Assembly: GCF_028673255.1 (NCBI RefSeq)
Contig: NZ_CP110504.1
Location: 124,526-156,525 of the forward strand
DNA: 32,000 nt
Direction of reading: 5' to 3'
Origin: Candidatus Saccharimonadota bacterium
Lineage (GTDB): Bacteria; Bacteroidota; Bacteroidia; Flavobacteriales; Blattabacteriaceae
Both the position numbers and the translations under genes were made by a program. Numbering within the stretch: the first letter of the stretch is position 1; each line of letters starts with the position of its first letter. The notes under the pieces are model-generated. The model made no database searches. It saw only the letters and a list, made by a program, of their open reading frames with translations, and was not told the DNA's origin. This document shows, one piece after another, positions 1 to 9,359 of this stretch.

Positions 1-1039
1 TTCTAGATATAAAAGATACTTCTTGTTCTCTTGGTAAATTTGGTAAAGTTTCCAACTTACCAGAAGTCATTAATTGCAAGTAATCGATTATAATTAATTT
101 AATTTTATTCTTAGATATTTCTCTTCTACATTTACAACGTAAATCAAATATTGAAAGATAATGAGTGTCATCAATATATAATGGTGCTTCAGATAAGCTT
201 TTAATTTTACTATTAACTAATTTCCATTCTAATTTAGATAAATCAGAATATTTTAAGCGTTCTGATGGAATTCCAGTTTCTGCTGAAATTAATCTAGTAA
301 CTAATTGAGTTGCTGACATTTCCAAAGAAAATATTAATATAGGAATTTTAAAATTGACAACTATGTTTCTGGCCATAGAAAGAGCAAATGATGTTTTTCC
401 CATTCCAGGTCTTGCTGCAAAAATTATTAATTCTGAATTTTGCCATCCACAAGTTATTTTATCAAGATCTCTGAATCCAGATGGAATACCATTTAAATTT
501 TTAACATTAGTTTTTAAATTATTAATAGTTGTTTTTATTAATGAATTAATACTTTTAGTAGTATCTTTGAGGTTCGTTTTATTATTTATTTTAAATAATT
601 TCATTTCTGCGTAATTCAATAAATCTAATACGTCGCTTTTCTCTTCTTGAGATAGCTTTATTATTTCGTATGAAGTTTCAATTAATTGTCTTAATATAAA
701 TTTATTTTTTATTATTTTACTATGATATTCTATATTCGCTGAGGAAATTCTATTGTTTGTTAATTTAGTTAAATACAAGTCTCCACCTACAACATTAAAT
801 TTACCTATTTTCTTTAATTCATTAGAAACAGTATAAATATCTATTGGTTCTGAATTATTATATAATGTTCTTATAACTTTTATTATTTCCTTATTTTTAA
901 GTTTATAAAAAATTTCTGGCTCTATTATATCAATAATATCCTCCAAGCAATTAGGATCTATTAATATTCCACCAATAACTGCTTCTTCTAAATTTAATGC
1001 TTTTGGATTTGCTTCTTTTTTCTTAAGTAATTCTTTCAT
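1..1039 (-). CDS. dnaB: Replicative DNA helicase DnaB, partial (3' end lies beyond the left window edge)
   Basis: It is absent from the ORF track because it runs off the window edge. Minus-strand translation from the ATG (reverse complement of CAT at 1037-1039) gives MKELLKKKEANPKALNLEEAVIGGIL, a DnaB N-terminal pattern. The Walker A segment ELIIFAARPGMGKTS is encoded around 380-430. The checked segments are consistent with one frame reaching position 1; the full 1 kb was not verified codon by codon. Confidence 0.85.
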   Translation of the reverse strand, partial: MKELLKKKEANPKALNLEEAVIGGILIDPNCLEDIIDIIEPEIFYKLKNKEIIKVIRTLYNNSEPIDIYTVSNELKKIGKFNVVGGDLYLTKLTNNRISSANIEYHSKIIKNKFILRQLIETSYEIIKLSQEEKSDVLDLLNYAEMKLFKINNKTNLKDTTKSINSLIKTTINNLKTNVKNLNGIPSGFRDLDKITCGWQNSELIIFAARPGMGKTSFALSMARNIVVNFKIPILIFSLEMSATQLVTRLISAETGIPSERLKYSDLSKLEWKLVNSKIKSLSEAPLYIDDTHYLSIFDLRCKCRREISKNKIKLIIIDYLQLMTSGKLETLPNLPREQEVSFISR

Positions 1040-1116
1040 TGCTTAAAATATTATTTGTTTTTAAAAAAAAAGAATATATAGTAAATACTATTTTAAATAC
1101 TATTTTTATTTAAATA

Positions 1117-1665
1117 ATGAAAAAAGAAACAATAAAAACAATTATTAAAATGACAAGAATTAAAAATATATATTTAGACTTGATAAAATTCTATGAAACA
1201 AAAAACTTAAAAGTAAAAAAAAAAATAATGAAATTATTTATTCAATTTAATTCTTATAAAAGAAGACAACTAAATTTCTTAATTAAAACTCTAGCTGAAA
1301 TAGAAAATTATAAAAAACGTAAAGAAAAAGAAAGAAAATTAGTAATAGAAAAAGCAAATTGCAATTTATTATTGGATTTGTTAAGTTTTGGAGAAGATTT
1401 TAATAGAAGTTTTAAAGATAAAAACAACTTTTATCAAGGAATAAAAATCATTAAAACAAAATTTTTTAATCTTTTAAAAAAAGAGGGACTCAAAAAAATA
1501 CCAACTAAAAAAGGAGACAAATTTAATACTGATGTTCATGAAGCTATTTCTATACAAAAAACTAAAGATAAAAAATTAAAAGGAAAAATTCTATTTGTAA
1601 TAGAGTCAGGTTATAAGTTAAAAAATCAAATTCTTAAGTTTTCTAAAGTTCTAGTAGGTAATTAA
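1117..1665 (+). CDS. grpE: Nucleotide exchange factor GrpE
   Basis: This 182-aa ORF lies immediately upstream of dnaJ. Its C-terminal FNTDVHEAI...[18 protein letters not shown] matches the GrpE signature FdPxxHEA...GY..g.vlRpa.V. Confidence 0.85.
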   Translation: MKKETIKTIIKMTRIKNIYLDLIKFYETKNLKVKKKIMKLFIQFNSYKRRQLNFLIKTLAEIENYKKRKEKERKLVIEKANCNLLLDLLSFGEDFNRSFKDKNNFYQGIKIIKTKFFNLLKKEGLKKIPTKKGDKFNTDVHEAISIQKTKDKKLKGKILFVIESGYKLKNQILKFSKVLVGN

Positions 1666-1675
1666 AAAAAAAGAA

Positions 1676-2782
1676 ATGAGTAAGAAAGATTATTATAAAA
1701 TTCTTGGGATAGATAGAAATGCTAATTCGGATGAAATAAAAAGAGCATACAGAAAATTAGCTTTAAAATATCATCCTGATCGTAATATAAAAAATAAAAA
1801 AGAAGCAGAAGCAAAATTCAAAGAAGCTGCAGAAGCATACAGTATATTAAGTGATAAAAATAAGCGCAGACAATATGATCAATATGGACCTGAAAATTAT
1901 AATGAATTTTATAATCAAAATAGTGATCTAAATGTAGAAGACATATTTAGTAGTTTTGGAGATATATTTAACGAGAAATTAGGTGGATTTGCCGATGGCT
2001 TTACAGATTCAGATTTTGTAGAAACAACAAAAAAAAAAGGAGAAAATTTAAGAATTAAAATTAGGTTAGAATTAAATGAAATTAACAATGGAATAATAAA
2101 GAAAATCAAAGTTAAACGTATGAAATTTTCTAAAGATGTAAAATTTAAAATTTGTAATTTATGTAATGGAACTGGTTATATTCACAAAGTTTCTAATACC
2201 TTCTTAGGACAACTACAAACTACAATAAACTGTACCCAATGTTTTGGTTTAGGAAAATTAATTCTGAGAATACCTAGAGGTGTAAATAATCAAGGGTTAA
2301 AACAAGTAGAAGAACTGATTAATATTAAAATTCCAGCAGGCATTCAAAATAAAATGCAAATTAAATTTTTAGGTAAAGGTAATGATGCACCTTTTGGTAT
2401 TGGAAAAACAGGTGATATAATCGTCTTAGTAGAAGAAATACCTAATAAAAACTTCAAAAGAAACTGCGAGAATTTGTTTTATGATTTATATATCTCAATT
2501 CCACAAGCGATATTAGGAACATCTGAATATATTACAACTTTAAATGGAAAAGTTCTAATTAAAATCTCACCTGGTTGTCAATGTGGTAAAATATTAAGAT
2601 TAAAAGGAAAAGGGTTACCTAAAATGAACTTTTTTGGTATAGGAGATAGAGGAGACTTATTTATAAATATTAATATTTGGGTTCCTAAAAAAATTAGTAA
2701 AGAACATAAATTATTTTTTCAAAATCTTAAAAATGATCCTAATTTTGCACCCAAATCTAGGAAACATAAAAAAACAACATAA
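1676..2782 (+). CDS. dnaJ: Chaperone DnaJ (Hsp40)
   Basis: It has a J-domain (DYYKILG...KYHPDRN with the HPD motif), a G/F-like linker, CxxCxGxG motifs (CNLCNGTG and CTQCFGLG) and a C-terminal substrate-binding region. Confidence 0.95.
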   Translation: MSKKDYYKILGIDRNANSDEIKRAYRKLALKYHPDRNIKNKKEAEAKFKEAAEAYSILSDKNKRRQYDQYGPENYNEFYNQNSDLNVEDIFSSFGDIFNEKLGGFADGFTDSDFVETTKKKGENLRIKIRLELNEINNGIIKKIKVKRMKFSKDVKFKICNLCNGTGYIHKVSNTFLGQLQTTINCTQCFGLGKLILRIPRGVNNQGLKQVEELINIKIPAGIQNKMQIKFLGKGNDAPFGIGKTGDIIVLVEEIPNKNFKRNCENLFYDLYISIPQAILGTSEYITTLNGKVLIKISPGCQCGKILRLKGKGLPKMNFFGIGDRGDLFININIWVPKKISKEHKLFFQNLKNDPNFAPKSRKHKKTT

Positions 2783-2820
2783 TAACGAATACATTTTTTC
2801 TACCATATAAAGCTTTCAGT

Positions 2821-4005
2821 ATGAAAAGAGTAATAGTTGGGTTATCAGGAGGAGTAGATTCCAGTGTAGCCGCATTAATATTAAAAACAAAAGGTTATGA
2901 AGTAATCGGTATATATTTGAAAAACACCTTTTTGGATAAAAACTGTGATTGGGAAGAGGAAAGTCTAACGGCATTAATGGTATCTCAAAAACTTGGGATA
3001 CCATTTTATATTATAGATATAACAAACTATTATAAAAAAATAATTTATGATCATACAATAAATAATTATTTAAAAGGCAAAACTCCTAATCCGGATATTC
3101 TATGTAATAAAAAAATAAAATTTAATTTATTTCTGAAAAAATCTGCAATATTAAAAGCAGATTATATTGCAACAGGACATTATGTACGTAAAAAAAAAAT
3201 TTCAGGCAGATTCAATCATGCATATAAACTTTTAACTGCCTTAGATCATAAGAAAGATCAATCATACTTCTTATGTTGCTTAAATCAATATCAAATAAAA
3301 AAATCGTTATTTCCACTTGGAAATATAAAAAAGAAACAAGTTAGAACAATTGCAAAATCTGCTAAATTAGTAAATGCTAAAAGAAAAGATTCTCAAGGAA
3401 TTTGTTTTTTAGGAAAACAAAACTTTTCTTCAATACTAAAAAAAACAATTACTAAAAAGATAGGAACAATAATATTAATAAACCCAGAATGTAATATTTA
3501 TAAAAACAAAATAGATAAATTATCATTAAAAAACAAAATTAATATTTTAGCAGAATTAGCAGAAAAAATCAAATACAAACCCAAAGATGGAAACAAAATT
3601 GGATTTCACGAAGGAGTTGCTTTTTTTACTAAAGGCCAAAGAAAAGGAATTCAACTTGGTGGATTTAATCACCCTCTTTTTGTTCTAGATAAAGACTTAA
3701 AGCATAATATTTTATATGTAGGTAAAGGCAAAAAACATCCTGGATTATTTAAATCAGTATTTTTTATAAAAAACAAACACATAACTTGGTTAAATAAAAA
3801 TTATAATAAAATTATTAAAGAGAAGAAACCTTTTAAAATAAAAGCAAAAATACGATCTCAACAAAAATTACAAAGAGCTACGTTATATTGTATTAATAAT
3901 GGGATTTATATCTGTTTTAAATTACCTCAAAGAGCCATGACTGAAGGTCAGTATATTGTATTGTATTTTAAAAATGAATTAATAGGTTCTTGCCTGTATG
4001 ATTAA
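2821..4005 (+). CDS. mnmA: tRNA-specific 2-thiouridylase MnmA
   Basis: It carries the PP-loop VIVGLSGGVDSSVAA, plus TPNPDILCN and KDQSYFL motifs typical of MnmA/TrmU. At 394 aa it is a typical length. Confidence 0.9.
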   Translation: MKRVIVGLSGGVDSSVAALILKTKGYEVIGIYLKNTFLDKNCDWEEESLTALMVSQKLGIPFYIIDITNYYKKIIYDHTINNYLKGKTPNPDILCNKKIKFNLFLKKSAILKADYIATGHYVRKKKISGRFNHAYKLLTALDHKKDQSYFLCCLNQYQIKKSLFPLGNIKKKQVRTIAKSAKLVNAKRKDSQGICFLGKQNFSSILKKTITKKIGTIILINPECNIYKNKIDKLSLKNKINILAELAEKIKYKPKDGNKIGFHEGVAFFTKGQRKGIQLGGFNHPLFVLDKDLKHNILYVGKGKKHPGLFKSVFFIKNKHITWLNKNYNKIIKEKKPFKIKAKIRSQQKLQRATLYCINNGIYICFKLPQRAMTEGQYIVLYFKNELIGSCLYD

Positions 4006-4153
4006 TTTATAATTATTAGTTTCTTACTTCTTATAGCTAATAGTAAAAATAACTAAAAAATTTATTTACTTATTATCTTATTGGTTTATTAATTTGGTCA
4101 TATCTTCACACATATTCTTAATTACATTTTGTATTGTCCATTAATAACTTGTA

Positions 4154-5209
4154 TTATTGTATTGGAAATCTCCAGTGATATGGATCTTTATTTAAATTAT
4201 ATTGAATATCTAACAGATTTTTTTTCAAGAAATAAGAAATCCTCTCCTCTTTTTTTAAAATAGGTAATAAATAATTTTTATTCTTTAAATTTATTTTTTC
4301 AAAATGATTTATTACTACAGCTGTACCAGTACCAAAAATTTCTGCAACTTCTTTTTTTTTCAAATAATATTTTAATTCATCTATAGTTAAATATTTTTCT
4401 ATAACATTAATATTGTTTTTTTTTGAAAATTCAATAATACTTCTACGAGAAATTCCATTTAGTATCTTCTCGTCTGCTGGTGCCGTAATAAGAGTATTTT
4501 GAATATAAAAAAACACATTCATCGTTCCTGATTCTTCAATAATTGAATGTGTAGCAGAATCAGTCCATAATATTTGATCGAAACCTTCTAATTGAGCTTT
4601 TTTAGTTGGAAAAAAAGAAGCTGCATAGTTACCAGCAGCTTTAATAAAACCAATACCACCATTATAAGATCTACTATATTTGAGTTCTATTTTTACTTTT
4701 AATGGTCTTGAATAATACTTATTTACAGAAGTACAAAAAATAAAAAAAAGATAATTTAAACTTGGTTTTGCAGTAAGAGTACCATCTGTTGCAATCATAA
4801 AAGGTCTTATATATAATGAATAACCATATTTAGGAACTATCCATTTAGTATCCAATTTTAATAAATTTATTAATCCTTCTACAAAAATTTTTTTTGGAAT
4901 AACTGGCATTGCTAAACGTTTTGCTGAAATATTGAATCTTTTAAAATGTTCTAATGGCCTAAATAAAAACATATTATTTTTTCTATCTTTGAAAGCTTTC
5001 ATTCCTTCAAAAATAGCTTGTCCATAATGAAAAACTAAAGTATTTGGAAAAAATATAAAATTACCAAATGTTTGAATTTGGGGTTCTTTCCAAAGATCAT
5101 TTCTATACTCGCAAAAAAGCATATGATCAGTATAATATTTGCCAAAAGGAATTTCAACATCCCAATTAATATTTTTTATTCTAGATATTTTTCCTTTTTC
5201 AATTAGCAT
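4154..5209 (-). CDS. ilvE: Branched-chain amino acid aminotransferase
   Basis: This is a 351-aa class IV aminotransferase. The motifs YIRPFM, EESGTMNVFF...ILNGISRRS and EIFGTGTAVVI match BCAT conserved blocks. Confidence 0.85.
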   Translation of the reverse strand: MLIEKGKISRIKNINWDVEIPFGKYYTDHMLFCEYRNDLWKEPQIQTFGNFIFFPNTLVFHYGQAIFEGMKAFKDRKNNMFLFRPLEHFKRFNISAKRLAMPVIPKKIFVEGLINLLKLDTKWIVPKYGYSLYIRPFMIATDGTLTAKPSLNYLFFIFCTSVNKYYSRPLKVKIELKYSRSYNGGIGFIKAAGNYAASFFPTKKAQLEGFDQILWTDSATHSIIEESGTMNVFFYIQNTLITAPADEKILNGISRRSIIEFSKKNNINVIEKYLTIDELKYYLKKKEVAEIFGTGTAVVINHFEKINLKNKNYLLPILKKEERISYFLKKNLLDIQYNLNKDPYHWRFPIQ

Positions 5210-5266
5210 AGATTCTATTAGGTTTTAAAATATCTAATATGTAAGAAAAAATATAAGATAATAAAA

Positions 5267-5758
5267 ATGATTATAACTTTGATTAAGTATGGAGACCCAA
5301 TTTTGCATAAAAAATGCAAAAAGATAAACAAACAAAATAACTTGAAAGATAAAAATAACTTGAAAGATATAATTATAAAAATGTTTTATCTATTGCTCAA
5401 ACATAAAGGAGTAGGTTTAGCAGCTACACAAATAGGATTAACTATAAGATTATTTCTAGTTAATTGTTTTGATTCAAGAAAAATAATCATTTTAAATCCC
5501 AGCATAGTAATTACTCATTGTTTTGACAAAGAGTATACTGAAGGATGTTTAAGTATACCTAAAGTTTTTGAACAAATTAAAAGAAAGGAAAATATTTTCA
5601 TTGAATATGTTGACATCAATTGGTATAAACATAAAGTACGCTCAAAAGGTTTTTTAGCAAGAGTAATTTTACATGAATTTGATCATTTAAATGGAATACT
5701 TTTTTTAGATTACTTATACAAATTTCATTCTTCAATTTTCATCACTAAGAATAGTTGA
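5267..5758 (+). CDS. def: Peptide deformylase
   Basis: All three deformylase motifs are present: GVGLAATQIG, EGCLSIP and HEFDHLNG. The 3' end overlaps the convergent rplT by 27 bp. Confidence 0.9.
   Translation: MIITLIKYGDPILHKKCKKINKQNNLKDKNNLKDIIIKMFYLLLKHKGVGLAATQIGLTIRLFLVNCFDSRKIIILNPSIVITHCFDKEYTEGCLSIPKVFEQIKRKENIFIEYVDINWYKHKVRSKGFLARVILHEFDHLNGILFLDYLYKFHSSIFITKNS
5334..5369 (+). repeat. Perfect 18-bp tandem duplication (aaaataacttgaaagata x2) inside def
   Basis: Read directly from the sequence: 5334-5351 equals 5352-5369. It is in frame and gives NNLKDK NNLKDI. Confidence 0.95.
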
Positions 5759-6043
5759 TATAGTTTTTCTATTTAATTTAATATTATTGTTTTTTAAAAT
5801 ATTAACAAATTTAGAATAATTGAAACCAAATTTTCTTACAGCAGCATTTATTCGTATAATCCATAATTTTCTAAAGTTACGTTTTTTTTGTTTTCTTCCA
5901 ATATAAGAACAATATAATGCTTTTTCTACCGCATTTTTTGCTACAGTATATAATTTCCTTCTTGCCCCATAAAATCCCTTCGCTTTATTTAAAATTTGTT
6001 TTCTTCTTTTTTTAGCTGCAACCACATTTACAGATCTTGGCAT
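5732..6043 (-). CDS. rplT: 50S ribosomal protein L20
   Basis: The N-terminus MPRSVNVVAAKKRRKQILNKAKGFYGARRKLYTVAKNAVEKAL is a canonical L20 N-terminus. It sits in the infC-rpmI-rplT operon order. Confidence 0.95.
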   Translation of the reverse strand: MPRSVNVVAAKKRRKQILNKAKGFYGARRKLYTVAKNAVEKALYCSYIGRKQKKRNFRKLWIIRINAAVRKFGFNYSKFVNILKNNNIKLNRKTISTILSDEN

Positions 6044-6044
6044 T

Positions 6045-6236
6045 TTATAAGAATAAATTTTTTTTTATCGATCTTTTAATAGAATTTTTTATTATAGAAA
6101 AATTTGACAATCTTCTTTTTCTTTTTTTTGATTTTTTAGTTAATATATGATTTTTAAAAGCCTTTTTTCTCTTTATAAAACCATTACTAGTTATTTTAAA
6201 TCTTTTTTTATAACTAGATTTTCTTTTTAATTTCAT
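6045..6236 (-). CDS. rpmI: 50S ribosomal protein L35
   Basis: This 63-aa, highly basic ORF (MKLKRKSSYKKRFKITSNGFIKRKKAFKNHILTKK) lies between infC and rplT. Confidence 0.9.
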   Translation of the reverse strand: MKLKRKSSYKKRFKITSNGFIKRKKAFKNHILTKKSKKRKRRLSNFSIIKNSIKRSIKKNLFL

Positions 6237-6772
6237 GTCTTTTTAAGTGTATTTTGTTTCGGACTTAAAACAATAAACATTTTTTTTCCATCCATTCTTG
6301 GAGGTAGTTCTACTTTAATGAAAGTACTAAGTAAGTCAATACATTTTAATAACATTTTTTCTCCTAAATCTTTAGAAATGATACTTCTTCCTTTGAAAAA
6401 AATAGAAAATTTAACCTTATTTTTTAATATTAAAAATTTTTTTGCATGTTCTATTTTAAAAGATAAATCATGAGAATTAGTATAAGAAGTTAATCTAATT
6501 TCTTTAGTCAATCTTAAATTTTTTTTTAGTTTTTTTTTCTTTAACTTATATAAAAATTTTTTAAAATTCATTACTTTACAAATTGTAGCTTTTGGATTAA
6601 TTTCTACTAAATCTAAAGCAAGTTTTTTAGCTATTTTTAATGCCTTTTTTAGTGTATAAACTTTTGACTCAATTTTTTCTCCAACTAATCTAACTTTTTT
6701 AGATTTTATCTCTGAATTAATTTTATAATTTTTGTATTTCTTCTTAAAAGATTCTATGTTTTTTCTTTTAAT
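6233..6772 (-). CDS. infC: Translation initiation factor IF-3, probably starting at a non-AUG (AUU) codon
   Basis: The track ORF 6233-6571 contains only the C-terminal domain. The same frame stays open upstream to a TAA at 6782-6784. That extension encodes IKRKNIESFKKKYKNYKINSEIKSKKVRLVGEKIESKVYTLKKALKIAKKLALDLVEINPKATICKVM, the IF-3 N-domain and linker. There is no ATG in the extension. ATT at 6770-6772 is the most upstream near-cognate start, so the start coordinate is uncertain. Confidence 0.85.
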   Translation of the reverse strand: MKRKNIESFKKKYKNYKINSEIKSKKVRLVGEKIESKVYTLKKALKIAKKLALDLVEINPKATICKVMNFKKFLYKLKKKKLKKNLRLTKEIRLTSYTNSHDLSFKIEHAKKFLILKNKVKFSIFFKGRSIISKDLGEKMLLKCIDLLSTFIKVELPPRMDGKKMFIVLSPKQNTLKKT

Positions 6773-6819
6773 TCTTTTCTTTTAATATTAATCTTTTTCT
6801 TTTAATTCTTTTCTTTTAA
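6761..6819 (-). repeat. 25-bp perfect direct repeat (period 34 bp) covering and preceding the infC start region
   Basis: The sequence ttttcttttaattcttttcttttaa occurs at 6761-6785 and again at 6795-6819. Confidence 0.9.
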
Positions 6820-6974
6820 AGAATTCCTTCTGAAGCTTGTAAATTGTAAATTCATAAAATTTAATTATTTAATTGTTTGTTTTTCTTTTCATTAAGTAAA
6901 TTTAAAGAAATAGATTATGCTTTTTATTGTACAAAATCTAAAACTTTATTCCTAAGTAAAACATATTCTTTTAT

Positions 6975-8855
6975 TTATTTTACTTCTTCATAATCAACAT
7001 CTTGTACTTGCGAATCAACATCTTTCTTATCTCTTTTATTAGATTGATTATTGGTTTGGTTCTTATTAAAAATTTCTTGTGATGTAGCCCAAAAATTATT
7101 AATTTTTTCTATGTAAGTATCTATATCTAACATTTGTTTTAGATTGATTGCTTCTTTTAATTTTAATAAATAACCTTCAATTATTTTAATTTTATTTTTG
7201 GTTAATTTCTTTCCATATTCTTTCATGTATTTTTCAGAACTAAAAATTAGTGTATCAGCAGTATTAATTTTTTCTATTTCTTTTTTTATCTTTTCATCTT
7301 TTTCATAATTTTTTTCTGCTTCTTTTTTCATTCTTTCTATCTCTTCTTTACCTAAGCCAGAGGAAGCTTGAATTCTAATTGTTTGTTCTCTACCAGTTCC
7401 TTTATCTTTAGCAGAAACATTTAAAATACCATTAGCATCAAGATCGAAAATTACTTCTATTTGAGGAACTCCTCTTGGTGCTGGTGGAATGTCAACTAAA
7501 TCAAATCGACCAATTTCTTTATTATCATTAAACAAAGGTCTTTCTCCTTGTCCAACTCTAACAGTTACAGCAGATTGGTTAGCAGTCGCTGTCGAAAATA
7601 TCTCTGATTTTCTAGTTGGTATCGTGGTGTTAGACTGTATCAATTTGGTAAAAACACCTCCTAATGTTTCGATTCCTAAAGATAATGGCGTAACATCTAA
7701 TAACAAAACATCTTTTACATCCCCACCTAATACTCCTCCTTGAATAGCTGCGCCAATAGCTACTACTTCATCTGGATTAACTCCTTTTGATGGAATTCTT
7801 TTAAAGAATTTTTCTACTTCTTCTTGAATTTTGGGTATTCTAGTTGAGCCACCTACTAAAAGAACTTCATCTATATCTTTTGCATTTAAATCAGCTGCTG
7901 TTAATGCATCTTTACAAGGATTAATAGATCTTTTAATTAAAGGCTCAGATAATTTTTCAAATTTTGCTCTTGTTAATGTTTTTACTAAATGTTTTGGTCC
8001 TGTTGGAGTAGCAGTTATATAAGGTAAATTAATTTCTGTTTTAGTAGTAGAAGAGAGTTCAATTTTTGCTTTTTCTGCAGATTCTTTTAATCTTTGATAA
8101 GCAATAGCATCATCAGCTAGATTAATTCCTTGCTCCTCTTTAAATTCTTTTATTAACCAATTCATAAGAATTTTATCAAAGTCATCACCTCCTAAATGAG
8201 TGTCTCCATTTGTGGATAATACTTCAAATACTCCATCTCCTAATTCCAAAATTGAAATATCAAAAGTTCCTCCTCCTAAATCATAAACTACTATTTTTTT
8301 ATTTTGATTGTTTTTATCTAAACCATAAGCTAATGCAGCTGCTGTTGGTTCATTAATAATTCTTTCTACTTCTAAACCAGCAATTTCACCAGCTTCTTTA
8401 GTTGCTTGACGTTGAGAATCATTAAAATAGGCAGGAACTGTAACTACTGCTTTTGTCACTTTATATCCTAAGTAGTCTTCTGCAGTTTTTTTCATTTTTT
8501 GAAGTACCATTGCAGAAATTTCTTGTGGAGAATATAATTTATTTACGATTTTTACTCTTGGAGTATCGTTTTCACCTTTAACTATTTTGTAAGGTACATA
8601 TTTTAATTCGTCAATTACTTCAGAATATTTTCTTCCCATAAAACGTTTAATAGAAAATATTGTATTTTTAGGATTAGTTACTGCTTGGCGTTTAGCTGGA
8701 TCACCTACTTTAATTTCTCCTCCTTCTGTAAAAGCTATAATAGAAGGTGTCGTACGTTTACCTTCTGCATTCTGTATAACAGTTGGTCCATTTACTTCAA
8801 TTACTGAAACACAAGAATTAGTAGTACCTAAATCTATACCTATTATTTTATTCAT
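6975..8855 (-). CDS. dnaK: Chaperone DnaK (Hsp70)
   Basis: This 626-aa ORF has [20 protein letters not shown] and [12 protein letters not shown] motifs and a C-terminal lid region. Confidence 0.98.
   Translation of the reverse strand: MNKIIGIDLGTTNSCVSVIEVNGPTVIQNAEGKRTTPSIIAFTEGGEIKVGDPAKRQAVTNPKNTIFSIKRFMGRKYSEVIDELKYVPYKIVKGENDTPRVKIVNKLYSPQEISAMVLQKMKKTAEDYLGYKVTKAVVTVPAYFNDSQRQATKEAGEIAGLEVERIINEPTAAALAYGLDKNNQNKKIVVYDLGGGTFDISILELGDGVFEVLSTNGDTHLGGDDFDKILMNWLIKEFKEEQGINLADDAIAYQRLKESAEKAKIELSSTTKTEINLPYITATPTGPKHLVKTLTRAKFEKLSEPLIKRSINPCKDALTAADLNAKDIDEVLLVGGSTRIPKIQEEVEKFFKRIPSKGVNPDEVVAIGAAIQGGVLGGDVKDVLLLDVTPLSLGIETLGGVFTKLIQSNTTIPTRKSEIFSTATANQSAVTVRVGQGERPLFNDNKEIGRFDLVDIPPAPRGVPQIEVIFDLDANGILNVSAKDKGTGREQTIRIQASSGLGKEEIERMKKEAEKNYEKDEKIKKEIEKINTADTLIFSSEKYMKEYGKKLTKNKIKIIEGYLLKLKEAINLKQMLDIDTYIEKINNFWATSQEIFNKNQTNNQSNKRDKKDVDSQVQDVDYEEVK
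7158..7234. repeat. Native (dnaK-internal) arm of an exact 77-bp inverted repeat; the partner is at 31924-32000
   Basis: A base-by-base reverse-complement comparison is identical over 77 bp. The partner arm is truncated by the window end. Confidence 0.95.
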
Positions 8856-8939
8856 GTTCTTTGTTTTTAAGAAATAAAACTTTAAGAGTTAAGATCATAT
8901 AAAAAATATATAATATTCTTTTATATTAAAGAAGATCAT

Positions 8940-9359
8940 ATGAAAATGATAAAAACAAATCTAGAAATTAATTGGTATCTTATTAATGCATTTGACAAAC
9001 GTCTAGGACGTTTAGCATCAATTATTGCTCATATAATTATTGGAAAACATAAAATAAACTTTTCACCTAATTTTCTTGGTGGTGATAAAGTTATTATTAT
9101 TAACGCAAAAACTATAACTTTAACTGGAAAAAAAAATAAGAATAAAACATATATTAGTTACAGTGGATATCCAGGTGGTCAAAAGGTCAAGAAAGCTTCA
9201 GACTTAATAAAAAAAAAACCTGAGTTCATAATTAGAAAAGCAGTGCTCGGGATGTTACCAAAAAATTCTTTAAAAAAAAAAATGATCAAAAATTTATATA
9301 TATTTAATGACAATATACAGAAATTTCAAAACATTAGTAACATTAAATATTTGAATTAA
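8940..9359 (+). CDS. rplM: 50S ribosomal protein L13
   Basis: The sequences WYLINAFDKRLGRLASIIAHIIIGKHK and YSGYPGG match the L13 pattern. It begins the rplM-rpsI operon. Confidence 0.93.
   Translation: MKMIKTNLEINWYLINAFDKRLGRLASIIAHIIIGKHKINFSPNFLGGDKVIIINAKTITLTGKKNKNKTYISYSGYPGGQKVKKASDLIKKKPEFIIRKAVLGMLPKNSLKKKMIKNLYIFNDNIQKFQNISNIKYLN

Noticed and set aside
354-614. An 86-aa plus-strand ORF antisense to dnaB. Similar antisense ORFs occur at 1915-2109 and 2816-3004.
   Set aside because: They are embedded antisense to well-supported conserved genes. Their composition is low-complexity Leu/Phe/Ile-rich, as expected from the reverse complement of Lys/Asn/Glu-rich AT-biased coding sequence.
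1083-1106. A 12-bp perfect tandem repeat (aaatactatttt x2) in the dnaB/grpE divergent spacer, considered as a possible heat-shock operator.
   Set aside because: The length is within chance expectation for AT-rich tandem matches. It is a direct repeat, not an inverted repeat like CIRCE, and the motif has no second occurrence near dnaK or dnaJ.
7489-8022. Two plus-strand ORFs (84 and 63 aa) antisense to dnaK.
   Set aside because: They are antisense shadows of a highly conserved gene and have no independent signal.
8891-8951. An apparent duplication of the rplM start region: aagatcatat at 8891 and 8932, with 17 of 20 nt similar and period 41 bp. It resembles the mutS and infC start duplications.
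   Set aside because: At this AT bias, my rough estimate is that several matches of this strength (a 10-mer exact match, 17/20) are expected by chance among nearby offsets in 32 kb. That is not enough evidence to call a real duplication.
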